This document shows positions 10,423-24,116 of a stretch of 43,759 nucleotides of DNA, one piece after another. Position 1 is the first letter of the stretch. Every line of letters begins with the position of its first letter. Source of the DNA: Naegleria gruberi (taxonomy: Eukaryota); NCBI GenBank assembly GCA_000004985.1, contig GG738949.1; one strand, written 5' to 3'. The notes beneath the pieces are model-generated. The model saw only the letters and a program-made list of their open reading frames with translations. It had not been told where the DNA came from and did not search any database. A program made the position numbers and the translations under genes.

Positions 10423-10735
10423 TTACATAACTGGATTTGTAATGATAATGTCAATATCGAAAAGTTGATGGTTTTCTGGTGATTCATGCAAGTATGTTTT
10501 CAGTTTTGCAAGCATTTCCTTCTCACTCTTTGATGTAAATATTGGGAGATATGGTGAGCAAGCAACCATAGTATTCCAACCTCCGCATGCAACACAAACA
10601 GCTTTCAATTGGATATTTCCCCCAGAGTTGATTTTCATAGAGTCTGGGAATAAATTCATTTCTGATAGAGTTGTTTGAGTTTTCAAAATTCCTGGTTGAT
10701 TTTGTTCCTCCTTTGTACTTTGATTGAATCCACTG
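10423..10735 (-). CDS. 3'-terminal coding fragment (~104 codons) of a gene whose upstream part lies in the 13.4-kb gap
   Basis: Open frame from the gap edge to the TAA at 10420-10422 (complement), reading ...AVCVACGGWNTMVACSPYLPIFTSKSEKEMLAKLKTYLHESPENHQLFDIDIIITNPVM*. No domain recognised. It cannot be linked to the ORF at 24117-24699 across 13 kb of N. Confidence 0.4.
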
Positions 10736-13700
10736 NNNNNNNNNNNNNNNNNNNNNNNNNNNNNNNNNNNNNNNNNNNNNNNNNNNNNNNNNNNNNNNNN
10801 NNNNNNNNNNNNNNNNNNNNNNNNNNNNNNNNNNNNNNNNNNNNNNNNNNNNNNNNNNNNNNNNNNNNNNNNNNNNNNNNNNNNNNNNNNNNNNNNNNNN
10901 NNNNNNNNNNNNNNNNNNNNNNNNNNNNNNNNNNNNNNNNNNNNNNNNNNNNNNNNNNNNNNNNNNNNNNNNNNNNNNNNNNNNNNNNNNNNNNNNNNNN
11001 NNNNNNNNNNNNNNNNNNNNNNNNNNNNNNNNNNNNNNNNNNNNNNNNNNNNNNNNNNNNNNNNNNNNNNNNNNNNNNNNNNNNNNNNNNNNNNNNNNNN
11101 NNNNNNNNNNNNNNNNNNNNNNNNNNNNNNNNNNNNNNNNNNNNNNNNNNNNNNNNNNNNNNNNNNNNNNNNNNNNNNNNNNNNNNNNNNNNNNNNNNNN
11201 NNNNNNNNNNNNNNNNNNNNNNNNNNNNNNNNNNNNNNNNNNNNNNNNNNNNNNNNNNNNNNNNNNNNNNNNNNNNNNNNNNNNNNNNNNNNNNNNNNNN
11301 NNNNNNNNNNNNNNNNNNNNNNNNNNNNNNNNNNNNNNNNNNNNNNNNNNNNNNNNNNNNNNNNNNNNNNNNNNNNNNNNNNNNNNNNNNNNNNNNNNNN
11401 NNNNNNNNNNNNNNNNNNNNNNNNNNNNNNNNNNNNNNNNNNNNNNNNNNNNNNNNNNNNNNNNNNNNNNNNNNNNNNNNNNNNNNNNNNNNNNNNNNNN
11501 NNNNNNNNNNNNNNNNNNNNNNNNNNNNNNNNNNNNNNNNNNNNNNNNNNNNNNNNNNNNNNNNNNNNNNNNNNNNNNNNNNNNNNNNNNNNNNNNNNNN
11601 NNNNNNNNNNNNNNNNNNNNNNNNNNNNNNNNNNNNNNNNNNNNNNNNNNNNNNNNNNNNNNNNNNNNNNNNNNNNNNNNNNNNNNNNNNNNNNNNNNNN
11701 NNNNNNNNNNNNNNNNNNNNNNNNNNNNNNNNNNNNNNNNNNNNNNNNNNNNNNNNNNNNNNNNNNNNNNNNNNNNNNNNNNNNNNNNNNNNNNNNNNNN
11801 NNNNNNNNNNNNNNNNNNNNNNNNNNNNNNNNNNNNNNNNNNNNNNNNNNNNNNNNNNNNNNNNNNNNNNNNNNNNNNNNNNNNNNNNNNNNNNNNNNNN
11901 NNNNNNNNNNNNNNNNNNNNNNNNNNNNNNNNNNNNNNNNNNNNNNNNNNNNNNNNNNNNNNNNNNNNNNNNNNNNNNNNNNNNNNNNNNNNNNNNNNNN
12001 NNNNNNNNNNNNNNNNNNNNNNNNNNNNNNNNNNNNNNNNNNNNNNNNNNNNNNNNNNNNNNNNNNNNNNNNNNNNNNNNNNNNNNNNNNNNNNNNNNNN
12101 NNNNNNNNNNNNNNNNNNNNNNNNNNNNNNNNNNNNNNNNNNNNNNNNNNNNNNNNNNNNNNNNNNNNNNNNNNNNNNNNNNNNNNNNNNNNNNNNNNNN
12201 NNNNNNNNNNNNNNNNNNNNNNNNNNNNNNNNNNNNNNNNNNNNNNNNNNNNNNNNNNNNNNNNNNNNNNNNNNNNNNNNNNNNNNNNNNNNNNNNNNNN
12301 NNNNNNNNNNNNNNNNNNNNNNNNNNNNNNNNNNNNNNNNNNNNNNNNNNNNNNNNNNNNNNNNNNNNNNNNNNNNNNNNNNNNNNNNNNNNNNNNNNNN
12401 NNNNNNNNNNNNNNNNNNNNNNNNNNNNNNNNNNNNNNNNNNNNNNNNNNNNNNNNNNNNNNNNNNNNNNNNNNNNNNNNNNNNNNNNNNNNNNNNNNNN
12501 NNNNNNNNNNNNNNNNNNNNNNNNNNNNNNNNNNNNNNNNNNNNNNNNNNNNNNNNNNNNNNNNNNNNNNNNNNNNNNNNNNNNNNNNNNNNNNNNNNNN
12601 NNNNNNNNNNNNNNNNNNNNNNNNNNNNNNNNNNNNNNNNNNNNNNNNNNNNNNNNNNNNNNNNNNNNNNNNNNNNNNNNNNNNNNNNNNNNNNNNNNNN
12701 NNNNNNNNNNNNNNNNNNNNNNNNNNNNNNNNNNNNNNNNNNNNNNNNNNNNNNNNNNNNNNNNNNNNNNNNNNNNNNNNNNNNNNNNNNNNNNNNNNNN
12801 NNNNNNNNNNNNNNNNNNNNNNNNNNNNNNNNNNNNNNNNNNNNNNNNNNNNNNNNNNNNNNNNNNNNNNNNNNNNNNNNNNNNNNNNNNNNNNNNNNNN
12901 NNNNNNNNNNNNNNNNNNNNNNNNNNNNNNNNNNNNNNNNNNNNNNNNNNNNNNNNNNNNNNNNNNNNNNNNNNNNNNNNNNNNNNNNNNNNNNNNNNNN
13001 NNNNNNNNNNNNNNNNNNNNNNNNNNNNNNNNNNNNNNNNNNNNNNNNNNNNNNNNNNNNNNNNNNNNNNNNNNNNNNNNNNNNNNNNNNNNNNNNNNNN
13101 NNNNNNNNNNNNNNNNNNNNNNNNNNNNNNNNNNNNNNNNNNNNNNNNNNNNNNNNNNNNNNNNNNNNNNNNNNNNNNNNNNNNNNNNNNNNNNNNNNNN
13201 NNNNNNNNNNNNNNNNNNNNNNNNNNNNNNNNNNNNNNNNNNNNNNNNNNNNNNNNNNNNNNNNNNNNNNNNNNNNNNNNNNNNNNNNNNNNNNNNNNNN
13301 NNNNNNNNNNNNNNNNNNNNNNNNNNNNNNNNNNNNNNNNNNNNNNNNNNNNNNNNNNNNNNNNNNNNNNNNNNNNNNNNNNNNNNNNNNNNNNNNNNNN
13401 NNNNNNNNNNNNNNNNNNNNNNNNNNNNNNNNNNNNNNNNNNNNNNNNNNNNNNNNNNNNNNNNNNNNNNNNNNNNNNNNNNNNNNNNNNNNNNNNNNNN
13501 NNNNNNNNNNNNNNNNNNNNNNNNNNNNNNNNNNNNNNNNNNNNNNNNNNNNNNNNNNNNNNNNNNNNNNNNNNNNNNNNNNNNNNNNNNNNNNNNNNNN
13601 NNNNNNNNNNNNNNNNNNNNNNNNNNNNNNNNNNNNNNNNNNNNNNNNNNNNNNNNNNNNNNNNNNNNNNNNNNNNNNNNNNNNNNNNNNNNNNNNNNNN

Positions 13701-16700
13701 NNNNNNNNNNNNNNNNNNNNNNNNNNNNNNNNNNNNNNNNNNNNNNNNNNNNNNNNNNNNNNNNNNNNNNNNNNNNNNNNNNNNNNNNNNNNNNNNNNNN
13801 NNNNNNNNNNNNNNNNNNNNNNNNNNNNNNNNNNNNNNNNNNNNNNNNNNNNNNNNNNNNNNNNNNNNNNNNNNNNNNNNNNNNNNNNNNNNNNNNNNNN
13901 NNNNNNNNNNNNNNNNNNNNNNNNNNNNNNNNNNNNNNNNNNNNNNNNNNNNNNNNNNNNNNNNNNNNNNNNNNNNNNNNNNNNNNNNNNNNNNNNNNNN
14001 NNNNNNNNNNNNNNNNNNNNNNNNNNNNNNNNNNNNNNNNNNNNNNNNNNNNNNNNNNNNNNNNNNNNNNNNNNNNNNNNNNNNNNNNNNNNNNNNNNNN
14101 NNNNNNNNNNNNNNNNNNNNNNNNNNNNNNNNNNNNNNNNNNNNNNNNNNNNNNNNNNNNNNNNNNNNNNNNNNNNNNNNNNNNNNNNNNNNNNNNNNNN
14201 NNNNNNNNNNNNNNNNNNNNNNNNNNNNNNNNNNNNNNNNNNNNNNNNNNNNNNNNNNNNNNNNNNNNNNNNNNNNNNNNNNNNNNNNNNNNNNNNNNNN
14301 NNNNNNNNNNNNNNNNNNNNNNNNNNNNNNNNNNNNNNNNNNNNNNNNNNNNNNNNNNNNNNNNNNNNNNNNNNNNNNNNNNNNNNNNNNNNNNNNNNNN
14401 NNNNNNNNNNNNNNNNNNNNNNNNNNNNNNNNNNNNNNNNNNNNNNNNNNNNNNNNNNNNNNNNNNNNNNNNNNNNNNNNNNNNNNNNNNNNNNNNNNNN
14501 NNNNNNNNNNNNNNNNNNNNNNNNNNNNNNNNNNNNNNNNNNNNNNNNNNNNNNNNNNNNNNNNNNNNNNNNNNNNNNNNNNNNNNNNNNNNNNNNNNNN
14601 NNNNNNNNNNNNNNNNNNNNNNNNNNNNNNNNNNNNNNNNNNNNNNNNNNNNNNNNNNNNNNNNNNNNNNNNNNNNNNNNNNNNNNNNNNNNNNNNNNNN
14701 NNNNNNNNNNNNNNNNNNNNNNNNNNNNNNNNNNNNNNNNNNNNNNNNNNNNNNNNNNNNNNNNNNNNNNNNNNNNNNNNNNNNNNNNNNNNNNNNNNNN
14801 NNNNNNNNNNNNNNNNNNNNNNNNNNNNNNNNNNNNNNNNNNNNNNNNNNNNNNNNNNNNNNNNNNNNNNNNNNNNNNNNNNNNNNNNNNNNNNNNNNNN
14901 NNNNNNNNNNNNNNNNNNNNNNNNNNNNNNNNNNNNNNNNNNNNNNNNNNNNNNNNNNNNNNNNNNNNNNNNNNNNNNNNNNNNNNNNNNNNNNNNNNNN
15001 NNNNNNNNNNNNNNNNNNNNNNNNNNNNNNNNNNNNNNNNNNNNNNNNNNNNNNNNNNNNNNNNNNNNNNNNNNNNNNNNNNNNNNNNNNNNNNNNNNNN
15101 NNNNNNNNNNNNNNNNNNNNNNNNNNNNNNNNNNNNNNNNNNNNNNNNNNNNNNNNNNNNNNNNNNNNNNNNNNNNNNNNNNNNNNNNNNNNNNNNNNNN
15201 NNNNNNNNNNNNNNNNNNNNNNNNNNNNNNNNNNNNNNNNNNNNNNNNNNNNNNNNNNNNNNNNNNNNNNNNNNNNNNNNNNNNNNNNNNNNNNNNNNNN
15301 NNNNNNNNNNNNNNNNNNNNNNNNNNNNNNNNNNNNNNNNNNNNNNNNNNNNNNNNNNNNNNNNNNNNNNNNNNNNNNNNNNNNNNNNNNNNNNNNNNNN
15401 NNNNNNNNNNNNNNNNNNNNNNNNNNNNNNNNNNNNNNNNNNNNNNNNNNNNNNNNNNNNNNNNNNNNNNNNNNNNNNNNNNNNNNNNNNNNNNNNNNNN
15501 NNNNNNNNNNNNNNNNNNNNNNNNNNNNNNNNNNNNNNNNNNNNNNNNNNNNNNNNNNNNNNNNNNNNNNNNNNNNNNNNNNNNNNNNNNNNNNNNNNNN
15601 NNNNNNNNNNNNNNNNNNNNNNNNNNNNNNNNNNNNNNNNNNNNNNNNNNNNNNNNNNNNNNNNNNNNNNNNNNNNNNNNNNNNNNNNNNNNNNNNNNNN
15701 NNNNNNNNNNNNNNNNNNNNNNNNNNNNNNNNNNNNNNNNNNNNNNNNNNNNNNNNNNNNNNNNNNNNNNNNNNNNNNNNNNNNNNNNNNNNNNNNNNNN
15801 NNNNNNNNNNNNNNNNNNNNNNNNNNNNNNNNNNNNNNNNNNNNNNNNNNNNNNNNNNNNNNNNNNNNNNNNNNNNNNNNNNNNNNNNNNNNNNNNNNNN
15901 NNNNNNNNNNNNNNNNNNNNNNNNNNNNNNNNNNNNNNNNNNNNNNNNNNNNNNNNNNNNNNNNNNNNNNNNNNNNNNNNNNNNNNNNNNNNNNNNNNNN
16001 NNNNNNNNNNNNNNNNNNNNNNNNNNNNNNNNNNNNNNNNNNNNNNNNNNNNNNNNNNNNNNNNNNNNNNNNNNNNNNNNNNNNNNNNNNNNNNNNNNNN
16101 NNNNNNNNNNNNNNNNNNNNNNNNNNNNNNNNNNNNNNNNNNNNNNNNNNNNNNNNNNNNNNNNNNNNNNNNNNNNNNNNNNNNNNNNNNNNNNNNNNNN
16201 NNNNNNNNNNNNNNNNNNNNNNNNNNNNNNNNNNNNNNNNNNNNNNNNNNNNNNNNNNNNNNNNNNNNNNNNNNNNNNNNNNNNNNNNNNNNNNNNNNNN
16301 NNNNNNNNNNNNNNNNNNNNNNNNNNNNNNNNNNNNNNNNNNNNNNNNNNNNNNNNNNNNNNNNNNNNNNNNNNNNNNNNNNNNNNNNNNNNNNNNNNNN
16401 NNNNNNNNNNNNNNNNNNNNNNNNNNNNNNNNNNNNNNNNNNNNNNNNNNNNNNNNNNNNNNNNNNNNNNNNNNNNNNNNNNNNNNNNNNNNNNNNNNNN
16501 NNNNNNNNNNNNNNNNNNNNNNNNNNNNNNNNNNNNNNNNNNNNNNNNNNNNNNNNNNNNNNNNNNNNNNNNNNNNNNNNNNNNNNNNNNNNNNNNNNNN
16601 NNNNNNNNNNNNNNNNNNNNNNNNNNNNNNNNNNNNNNNNNNNNNNNNNNNNNNNNNNNNNNNNNNNNNNNNNNNNNNNNNNNNNNNNNNNNNNNNNNNN

Positions 16701-19700
16701 NNNNNNNNNNNNNNNNNNNNNNNNNNNNNNNNNNNNNNNNNNNNNNNNNNNNNNNNNNNNNNNNNNNNNNNNNNNNNNNNNNNNNNNNNNNNNNNNNNNN
16801 NNNNNNNNNNNNNNNNNNNNNNNNNNNNNNNNNNNNNNNNNNNNNNNNNNNNNNNNNNNNNNNNNNNNNNNNNNNNNNNNNNNNNNNNNNNNNNNNNNNN
16901 NNNNNNNNNNNNNNNNNNNNNNNNNNNNNNNNNNNNNNNNNNNNNNNNNNNNNNNNNNNNNNNNNNNNNNNNNNNNNNNNNNNNNNNNNNNNNNNNNNNN
17001 NNNNNNNNNNNNNNNNNNNNNNNNNNNNNNNNNNNNNNNNNNNNNNNNNNNNNNNNNNNNNNNNNNNNNNNNNNNNNNNNNNNNNNNNNNNNNNNNNNNN
17101 NNNNNNNNNNNNNNNNNNNNNNNNNNNNNNNNNNNNNNNNNNNNNNNNNNNNNNNNNNNNNNNNNNNNNNNNNNNNNNNNNNNNNNNNNNNNNNNNNNNN
17201 NNNNNNNNNNNNNNNNNNNNNNNNNNNNNNNNNNNNNNNNNNNNNNNNNNNNNNNNNNNNNNNNNNNNNNNNNNNNNNNNNNNNNNNNNNNNNNNNNNNN
17301 NNNNNNNNNNNNNNNNNNNNNNNNNNNNNNNNNNNNNNNNNNNNNNNNNNNNNNNNNNNNNNNNNNNNNNNNNNNNNNNNNNNNNNNNNNNNNNNNNNNN
17401 NNNNNNNNNNNNNNNNNNNNNNNNNNNNNNNNNNNNNNNNNNNNNNNNNNNNNNNNNNNNNNNNNNNNNNNNNNNNNNNNNNNNNNNNNNNNNNNNNNNN
17501 NNNNNNNNNNNNNNNNNNNNNNNNNNNNNNNNNNNNNNNNNNNNNNNNNNNNNNNNNNNNNNNNNNNNNNNNNNNNNNNNNNNNNNNNNNNNNNNNNNNN
17601 NNNNNNNNNNNNNNNNNNNNNNNNNNNNNNNNNNNNNNNNNNNNNNNNNNNNNNNNNNNNNNNNNNNNNNNNNNNNNNNNNNNNNNNNNNNNNNNNNNNN
17701 NNNNNNNNNNNNNNNNNNNNNNNNNNNNNNNNNNNNNNNNNNNNNNNNNNNNNNNNNNNNNNNNNNNNNNNNNNNNNNNNNNNNNNNNNNNNNNNNNNNN
17801 NNNNNNNNNNNNNNNNNNNNNNNNNNNNNNNNNNNNNNNNNNNNNNNNNNNNNNNNNNNNNNNNNNNNNNNNNNNNNNNNNNNNNNNNNNNNNNNNNNNN
17901 NNNNNNNNNNNNNNNNNNNNNNNNNNNNNNNNNNNNNNNNNNNNNNNNNNNNNNNNNNNNNNNNNNNNNNNNNNNNNNNNNNNNNNNNNNNNNNNNNNNN
18001 NNNNNNNNNNNNNNNNNNNNNNNNNNNNNNNNNNNNNNNNNNNNNNNNNNNNNNNNNNNNNNNNNNNNNNNNNNNNNNNNNNNNNNNNNNNNNNNNNNNN
18101 NNNNNNNNNNNNNNNNNNNNNNNNNNNNNNNNNNNNNNNNNNNNNNNNNNNNNNNNNNNNNNNNNNNNNNNNNNNNNNNNNNNNNNNNNNNNNNNNNNNN
18201 NNNNNNNNNNNNNNNNNNNNNNNNNNNNNNNNNNNNNNNNNNNNNNNNNNNNNNNNNNNNNNNNNNNNNNNNNNNNNNNNNNNNNNNNNNNNNNNNNNNN
18301 NNNNNNNNNNNNNNNNNNNNNNNNNNNNNNNNNNNNNNNNNNNNNNNNNNNNNNNNNNNNNNNNNNNNNNNNNNNNNNNNNNNNNNNNNNNNNNNNNNNN
18401 NNNNNNNNNNNNNNNNNNNNNNNNNNNNNNNNNNNNNNNNNNNNNNNNNNNNNNNNNNNNNNNNNNNNNNNNNNNNNNNNNNNNNNNNNNNNNNNNNNNN
18501 NNNNNNNNNNNNNNNNNNNNNNNNNNNNNNNNNNNNNNNNNNNNNNNNNNNNNNNNNNNNNNNNNNNNNNNNNNNNNNNNNNNNNNNNNNNNNNNNNNNN
18601 NNNNNNNNNNNNNNNNNNNNNNNNNNNNNNNNNNNNNNNNNNNNNNNNNNNNNNNNNNNNNNNNNNNNNNNNNNNNNNNNNNNNNNNNNNNNNNNNNNNN
18701 NNNNNNNNNNNNNNNNNNNNNNNNNNNNNNNNNNNNNNNNNNNNNNNNNNNNNNNNNNNNNNNNNNNNNNNNNNNNNNNNNNNNNNNNNNNNNNNNNNNN
18801 NNNNNNNNNNNNNNNNNNNNNNNNNNNNNNNNNNNNNNNNNNNNNNNNNNNNNNNNNNNNNNNNNNNNNNNNNNNNNNNNNNNNNNNNNNNNNNNNNNNN
18901 NNNNNNNNNNNNNNNNNNNNNNNNNNNNNNNNNNNNNNNNNNNNNNNNNNNNNNNNNNNNNNNNNNNNNNNNNNNNNNNNNNNNNNNNNNNNNNNNNNNN
19001 NNNNNNNNNNNNNNNNNNNNNNNNNNNNNNNNNNNNNNNNNNNNNNNNNNNNNNNNNNNNNNNNNNNNNNNNNNNNNNNNNNNNNNNNNNNNNNNNNNNN
19101 NNNNNNNNNNNNNNNNNNNNNNNNNNNNNNNNNNNNNNNNNNNNNNNNNNNNNNNNNNNNNNNNNNNNNNNNNNNNNNNNNNNNNNNNNNNNNNNNNNNN
19201 NNNNNNNNNNNNNNNNNNNNNNNNNNNNNNNNNNNNNNNNNNNNNNNNNNNNNNNNNNNNNNNNNNNNNNNNNNNNNNNNNNNNNNNNNNNNNNNNNNNN
19301 NNNNNNNNNNNNNNNNNNNNNNNNNNNNNNNNNNNNNNNNNNNNNNNNNNNNNNNNNNNNNNNNNNNNNNNNNNNNNNNNNNNNNNNNNNNNNNNNNNNN
19401 NNNNNNNNNNNNNNNNNNNNNNNNNNNNNNNNNNNNNNNNNNNNNNNNNNNNNNNNNNNNNNNNNNNNNNNNNNNNNNNNNNNNNNNNNNNNNNNNNNNN
19501 NNNNNNNNNNNNNNNNNNNNNNNNNNNNNNNNNNNNNNNNNNNNNNNNNNNNNNNNNNNNNNNNNNNNNNNNNNNNNNNNNNNNNNNNNNNNNNNNNNNN
19601 NNNNNNNNNNNNNNNNNNNNNNNNNNNNNNNNNNNNNNNNNNNNNNNNNNNNNNNNNNNNNNNNNNNNNNNNNNNNNNNNNNNNNNNNNNNNNNNNNNNN

Positions 19701-22700
19701 NNNNNNNNNNNNNNNNNNNNNNNNNNNNNNNNNNNNNNNNNNNNNNNNNNNNNNNNNNNNNNNNNNNNNNNNNNNNNNNNNNNNNNNNNNNNNNNNNNNN
19801 NNNNNNNNNNNNNNNNNNNNNNNNNNNNNNNNNNNNNNNNNNNNNNNNNNNNNNNNNNNNNNNNNNNNNNNNNNNNNNNNNNNNNNNNNNNNNNNNNNNN
19901 NNNNNNNNNNNNNNNNNNNNNNNNNNNNNNNNNNNNNNNNNNNNNNNNNNNNNNNNNNNNNNNNNNNNNNNNNNNNNNNNNNNNNNNNNNNNNNNNNNNN
20001 NNNNNNNNNNNNNNNNNNNNNNNNNNNNNNNNNNNNNNNNNNNNNNNNNNNNNNNNNNNNNNNNNNNNNNNNNNNNNNNNNNNNNNNNNNNNNNNNNNNN
20101 NNNNNNNNNNNNNNNNNNNNNNNNNNNNNNNNNNNNNNNNNNNNNNNNNNNNNNNNNNNNNNNNNNNNNNNNNNNNNNNNNNNNNNNNNNNNNNNNNNNN
20201 NNNNNNNNNNNNNNNNNNNNNNNNNNNNNNNNNNNNNNNNNNNNNNNNNNNNNNNNNNNNNNNNNNNNNNNNNNNNNNNNNNNNNNNNNNNNNNNNNNNN
20301 NNNNNNNNNNNNNNNNNNNNNNNNNNNNNNNNNNNNNNNNNNNNNNNNNNNNNNNNNNNNNNNNNNNNNNNNNNNNNNNNNNNNNNNNNNNNNNNNNNNN
20401 NNNNNNNNNNNNNNNNNNNNNNNNNNNNNNNNNNNNNNNNNNNNNNNNNNNNNNNNNNNNNNNNNNNNNNNNNNNNNNNNNNNNNNNNNNNNNNNNNNNN
20501 NNNNNNNNNNNNNNNNNNNNNNNNNNNNNNNNNNNNNNNNNNNNNNNNNNNNNNNNNNNNNNNNNNNNNNNNNNNNNNNNNNNNNNNNNNNNNNNNNNNN
20601 NNNNNNNNNNNNNNNNNNNNNNNNNNNNNNNNNNNNNNNNNNNNNNNNNNNNNNNNNNNNNNNNNNNNNNNNNNNNNNNNNNNNNNNNNNNNNNNNNNNN
20701 NNNNNNNNNNNNNNNNNNNNNNNNNNNNNNNNNNNNNNNNNNNNNNNNNNNNNNNNNNNNNNNNNNNNNNNNNNNNNNNNNNNNNNNNNNNNNNNNNNNN
20801 NNNNNNNNNNNNNNNNNNNNNNNNNNNNNNNNNNNNNNNNNNNNNNNNNNNNNNNNNNNNNNNNNNNNNNNNNNNNNNNNNNNNNNNNNNNNNNNNNNNN
20901 NNNNNNNNNNNNNNNNNNNNNNNNNNNNNNNNNNNNNNNNNNNNNNNNNNNNNNNNNNNNNNNNNNNNNNNNNNNNNNNNNNNNNNNNNNNNNNNNNNNN
21001 NNNNNNNNNNNNNNNNNNNNNNNNNNNNNNNNNNNNNNNNNNNNNNNNNNNNNNNNNNNNNNNNNNNNNNNNNNNNNNNNNNNNNNNNNNNNNNNNNNNN
21101 NNNNNNNNNNNNNNNNNNNNNNNNNNNNNNNNNNNNNNNNNNNNNNNNNNNNNNNNNNNNNNNNNNNNNNNNNNNNNNNNNNNNNNNNNNNNNNNNNNNN
21201 NNNNNNNNNNNNNNNNNNNNNNNNNNNNNNNNNNNNNNNNNNNNNNNNNNNNNNNNNNNNNNNNNNNNNNNNNNNNNNNNNNNNNNNNNNNNNNNNNNNN
21301 NNNNNNNNNNNNNNNNNNNNNNNNNNNNNNNNNNNNNNNNNNNNNNNNNNNNNNNNNNNNNNNNNNNNNNNNNNNNNNNNNNNNNNNNNNNNNNNNNNNN
21401 NNNNNNNNNNNNNNNNNNNNNNNNNNNNNNNNNNNNNNNNNNNNNNNNNNNNNNNNNNNNNNNNNNNNNNNNNNNNNNNNNNNNNNNNNNNNNNNNNNNN
21501 NNNNNNNNNNNNNNNNNNNNNNNNNNNNNNNNNNNNNNNNNNNNNNNNNNNNNNNNNNNNNNNNNNNNNNNNNNNNNNNNNNNNNNNNNNNNNNNNNNNN
21601 NNNNNNNNNNNNNNNNNNNNNNNNNNNNNNNNNNNNNNNNNNNNNNNNNNNNNNNNNNNNNNNNNNNNNNNNNNNNNNNNNNNNNNNNNNNNNNNNNNNN
21701 NNNNNNNNNNNNNNNNNNNNNNNNNNNNNNNNNNNNNNNNNNNNNNNNNNNNNNNNNNNNNNNNNNNNNNNNNNNNNNNNNNNNNNNNNNNNNNNNNNNN
21801 NNNNNNNNNNNNNNNNNNNNNNNNNNNNNNNNNNNNNNNNNNNNNNNNNNNNNNNNNNNNNNNNNNNNNNNNNNNNNNNNNNNNNNNNNNNNNNNNNNNN
21901 NNNNNNNNNNNNNNNNNNNNNNNNNNNNNNNNNNNNNNNNNNNNNNNNNNNNNNNNNNNNNNNNNNNNNNNNNNNNNNNNNNNNNNNNNNNNNNNNNNNN
22001 NNNNNNNNNNNNNNNNNNNNNNNNNNNNNNNNNNNNNNNNNNNNNNNNNNNNNNNNNNNNNNNNNNNNNNNNNNNNNNNNNNNNNNNNNNNNNNNNNNNN
22101 NNNNNNNNNNNNNNNNNNNNNNNNNNNNNNNNNNNNNNNNNNNNNNNNNNNNNNNNNNNNNNNNNNNNNNNNNNNNNNNNNNNNNNNNNNNNNNNNNNNN
22201 NNNNNNNNNNNNNNNNNNNNNNNNNNNNNNNNNNNNNNNNNNNNNNNNNNNNNNNNNNNNNNNNNNNNNNNNNNNNNNNNNNNNNNNNNNNNNNNNNNNN
22301 NNNNNNNNNNNNNNNNNNNNNNNNNNNNNNNNNNNNNNNNNNNNNNNNNNNNNNNNNNNNNNNNNNNNNNNNNNNNNNNNNNNNNNNNNNNNNNNNNNNN
22401 NNNNNNNNNNNNNNNNNNNNNNNNNNNNNNNNNNNNNNNNNNNNNNNNNNNNNNNNNNNNNNNNNNNNNNNNNNNNNNNNNNNNNNNNNNNNNNNNNNNN
22501 NNNNNNNNNNNNNNNNNNNNNNNNNNNNNNNNNNNNNNNNNNNNNNNNNNNNNNNNNNNNNNNNNNNNNNNNNNNNNNNNNNNNNNNNNNNNNNNNNNNN
22601 NNNNNNNNNNNNNNNNNNNNNNNNNNNNNNNNNNNNNNNNNNNNNNNNNNNNNNNNNNNNNNNNNNNNNNNNNNNNNNNNNNNNNNNNNNNNNNNNNNNN

Positions 22701-24116
22701 NNNNNNNNNNNNNNNNNNNNNNNNNNNNNNNNNNNNNNNNNNNNNNNNNNNNNNNNNNNNNNNNNNNNNNNNNNNNNNNNNNNNNNNNNNNNNNNNNNNN
22801 NNNNNNNNNNNNNNNNNNNNNNNNNNNNNNNNNNNNNNNNNNNNNNNNNNNNNNNNNNNNNNNNNNNNNNNNNNNNNNNNNNNNNNNNNNNNNNNNNNNN
22901 NNNNNNNNNNNNNNNNNNNNNNNNNNNNNNNNNNNNNNNNNNNNNNNNNNNNNNNNNNNNNNNNNNNNNNNNNNNNNNNNNNNNNNNNNNNNNNNNNNNN
23001 NNNNNNNNNNNNNNNNNNNNNNNNNNNNNNNNNNNNNNNNNNNNNNNNNNNNNNNNNNNNNNNNNNNNNNNNNNNNNNNNNNNNNNNNNNNNNNNNNNNN
23101 NNNNNNNNNNNNNNNNNNNNNNNNNNNNNNNNNNNNNNNNNNNNNNNNNNNNNNNNNNNNNNNNNNNNNNNNNNNNNNNNNNNNNNNNNNNNNNNNNNNN
23201 NNNNNNNNNNNNNNNNNNNNNNNNNNNNNNNNNNNNNNNNNNNNNNNNNNNNNNNNNNNNNNNNNNNNNNNNNNNNNNNNNNNNNNNNNNNNNNNNNNNN
23301 NNNNNNNNNNNNNNNNNNNNNNNNNNNNNNNNNNNNNNNNNNNNNNNNNNNNNNNNNNNNNNNNNNNNNNNNNNNNNNNNNNNNNNNNNNNNNNNNNNNN
23401 NNNNNNNNNNNNNNNNNNNNNNNNNNNNNNNNNNNNNNNNNNNNNNNNNNNNNNNNNNNNNNNNNNNNNNNNNNNNNNNNNNNNNNNNNNNNNNNNNNNN
23501 NNNNNNNNNNNNNNNNNNNNNNNNNNNNNNNNNNNNNNNNNNNNNNNNNNNNNNNNNNNNNNNNNNNNNNNNNNNNNNNNNNNNNNNNNNNNNNNNNNNN
23601 NNNNNNNNNNNNNNNNNNNNNNNNNNNNNNNNNNNNNNNNNNNNNNNNNNNNNNNNNNNNNNNNNNNNNNNNNNNNNNNNNNNNNNNNNNNNNNNNNNNN
23701 NNNNNNNNNNNNNNNNNNNNNNNNNNNNNNNNNNNNNNNNNNNNNNNNNNNNNNNNNNNNNNNNNNNNNNNNNNNNNNNNNNNNNNNNNNNNNNNNNNNN
23801 NNNNNNNNNNNNNNNNNNNNNNNNNNNNNNNNNNNNNNNNNNNNNNNNNNNNNNNNNNNNNNNNNNNNNNNNNNNNNNNNNNNNNNNNNNNNNNNNNNNN
23901 NNNNNNNNNNNNNNNNNNNNNNNNNNNNNNNNNNNNNNNNNNNNNNNNNNNNNNNNNNNNNNNNNNNNNNNNNNNNNNNNNNNNNNNNNNNNNNNNNNNN
24001 NNNNNNNNNNNNNNNNNNNNNNNNNNNNNNNNNNNNNNNNNNNNNNNNNNNNNNNNNNNNNNNNNNNNNNNNNNNNNNNNNNNNNNNNNNNNNNNNNNNN
24101 NNNNNNNNNNNNNNNN
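10736..24116. other. Assembly gap (13,381 N)
   Basis: Run of N. All track ORFs of >4,000 aa are translations of this gap. Confidence 0.99.
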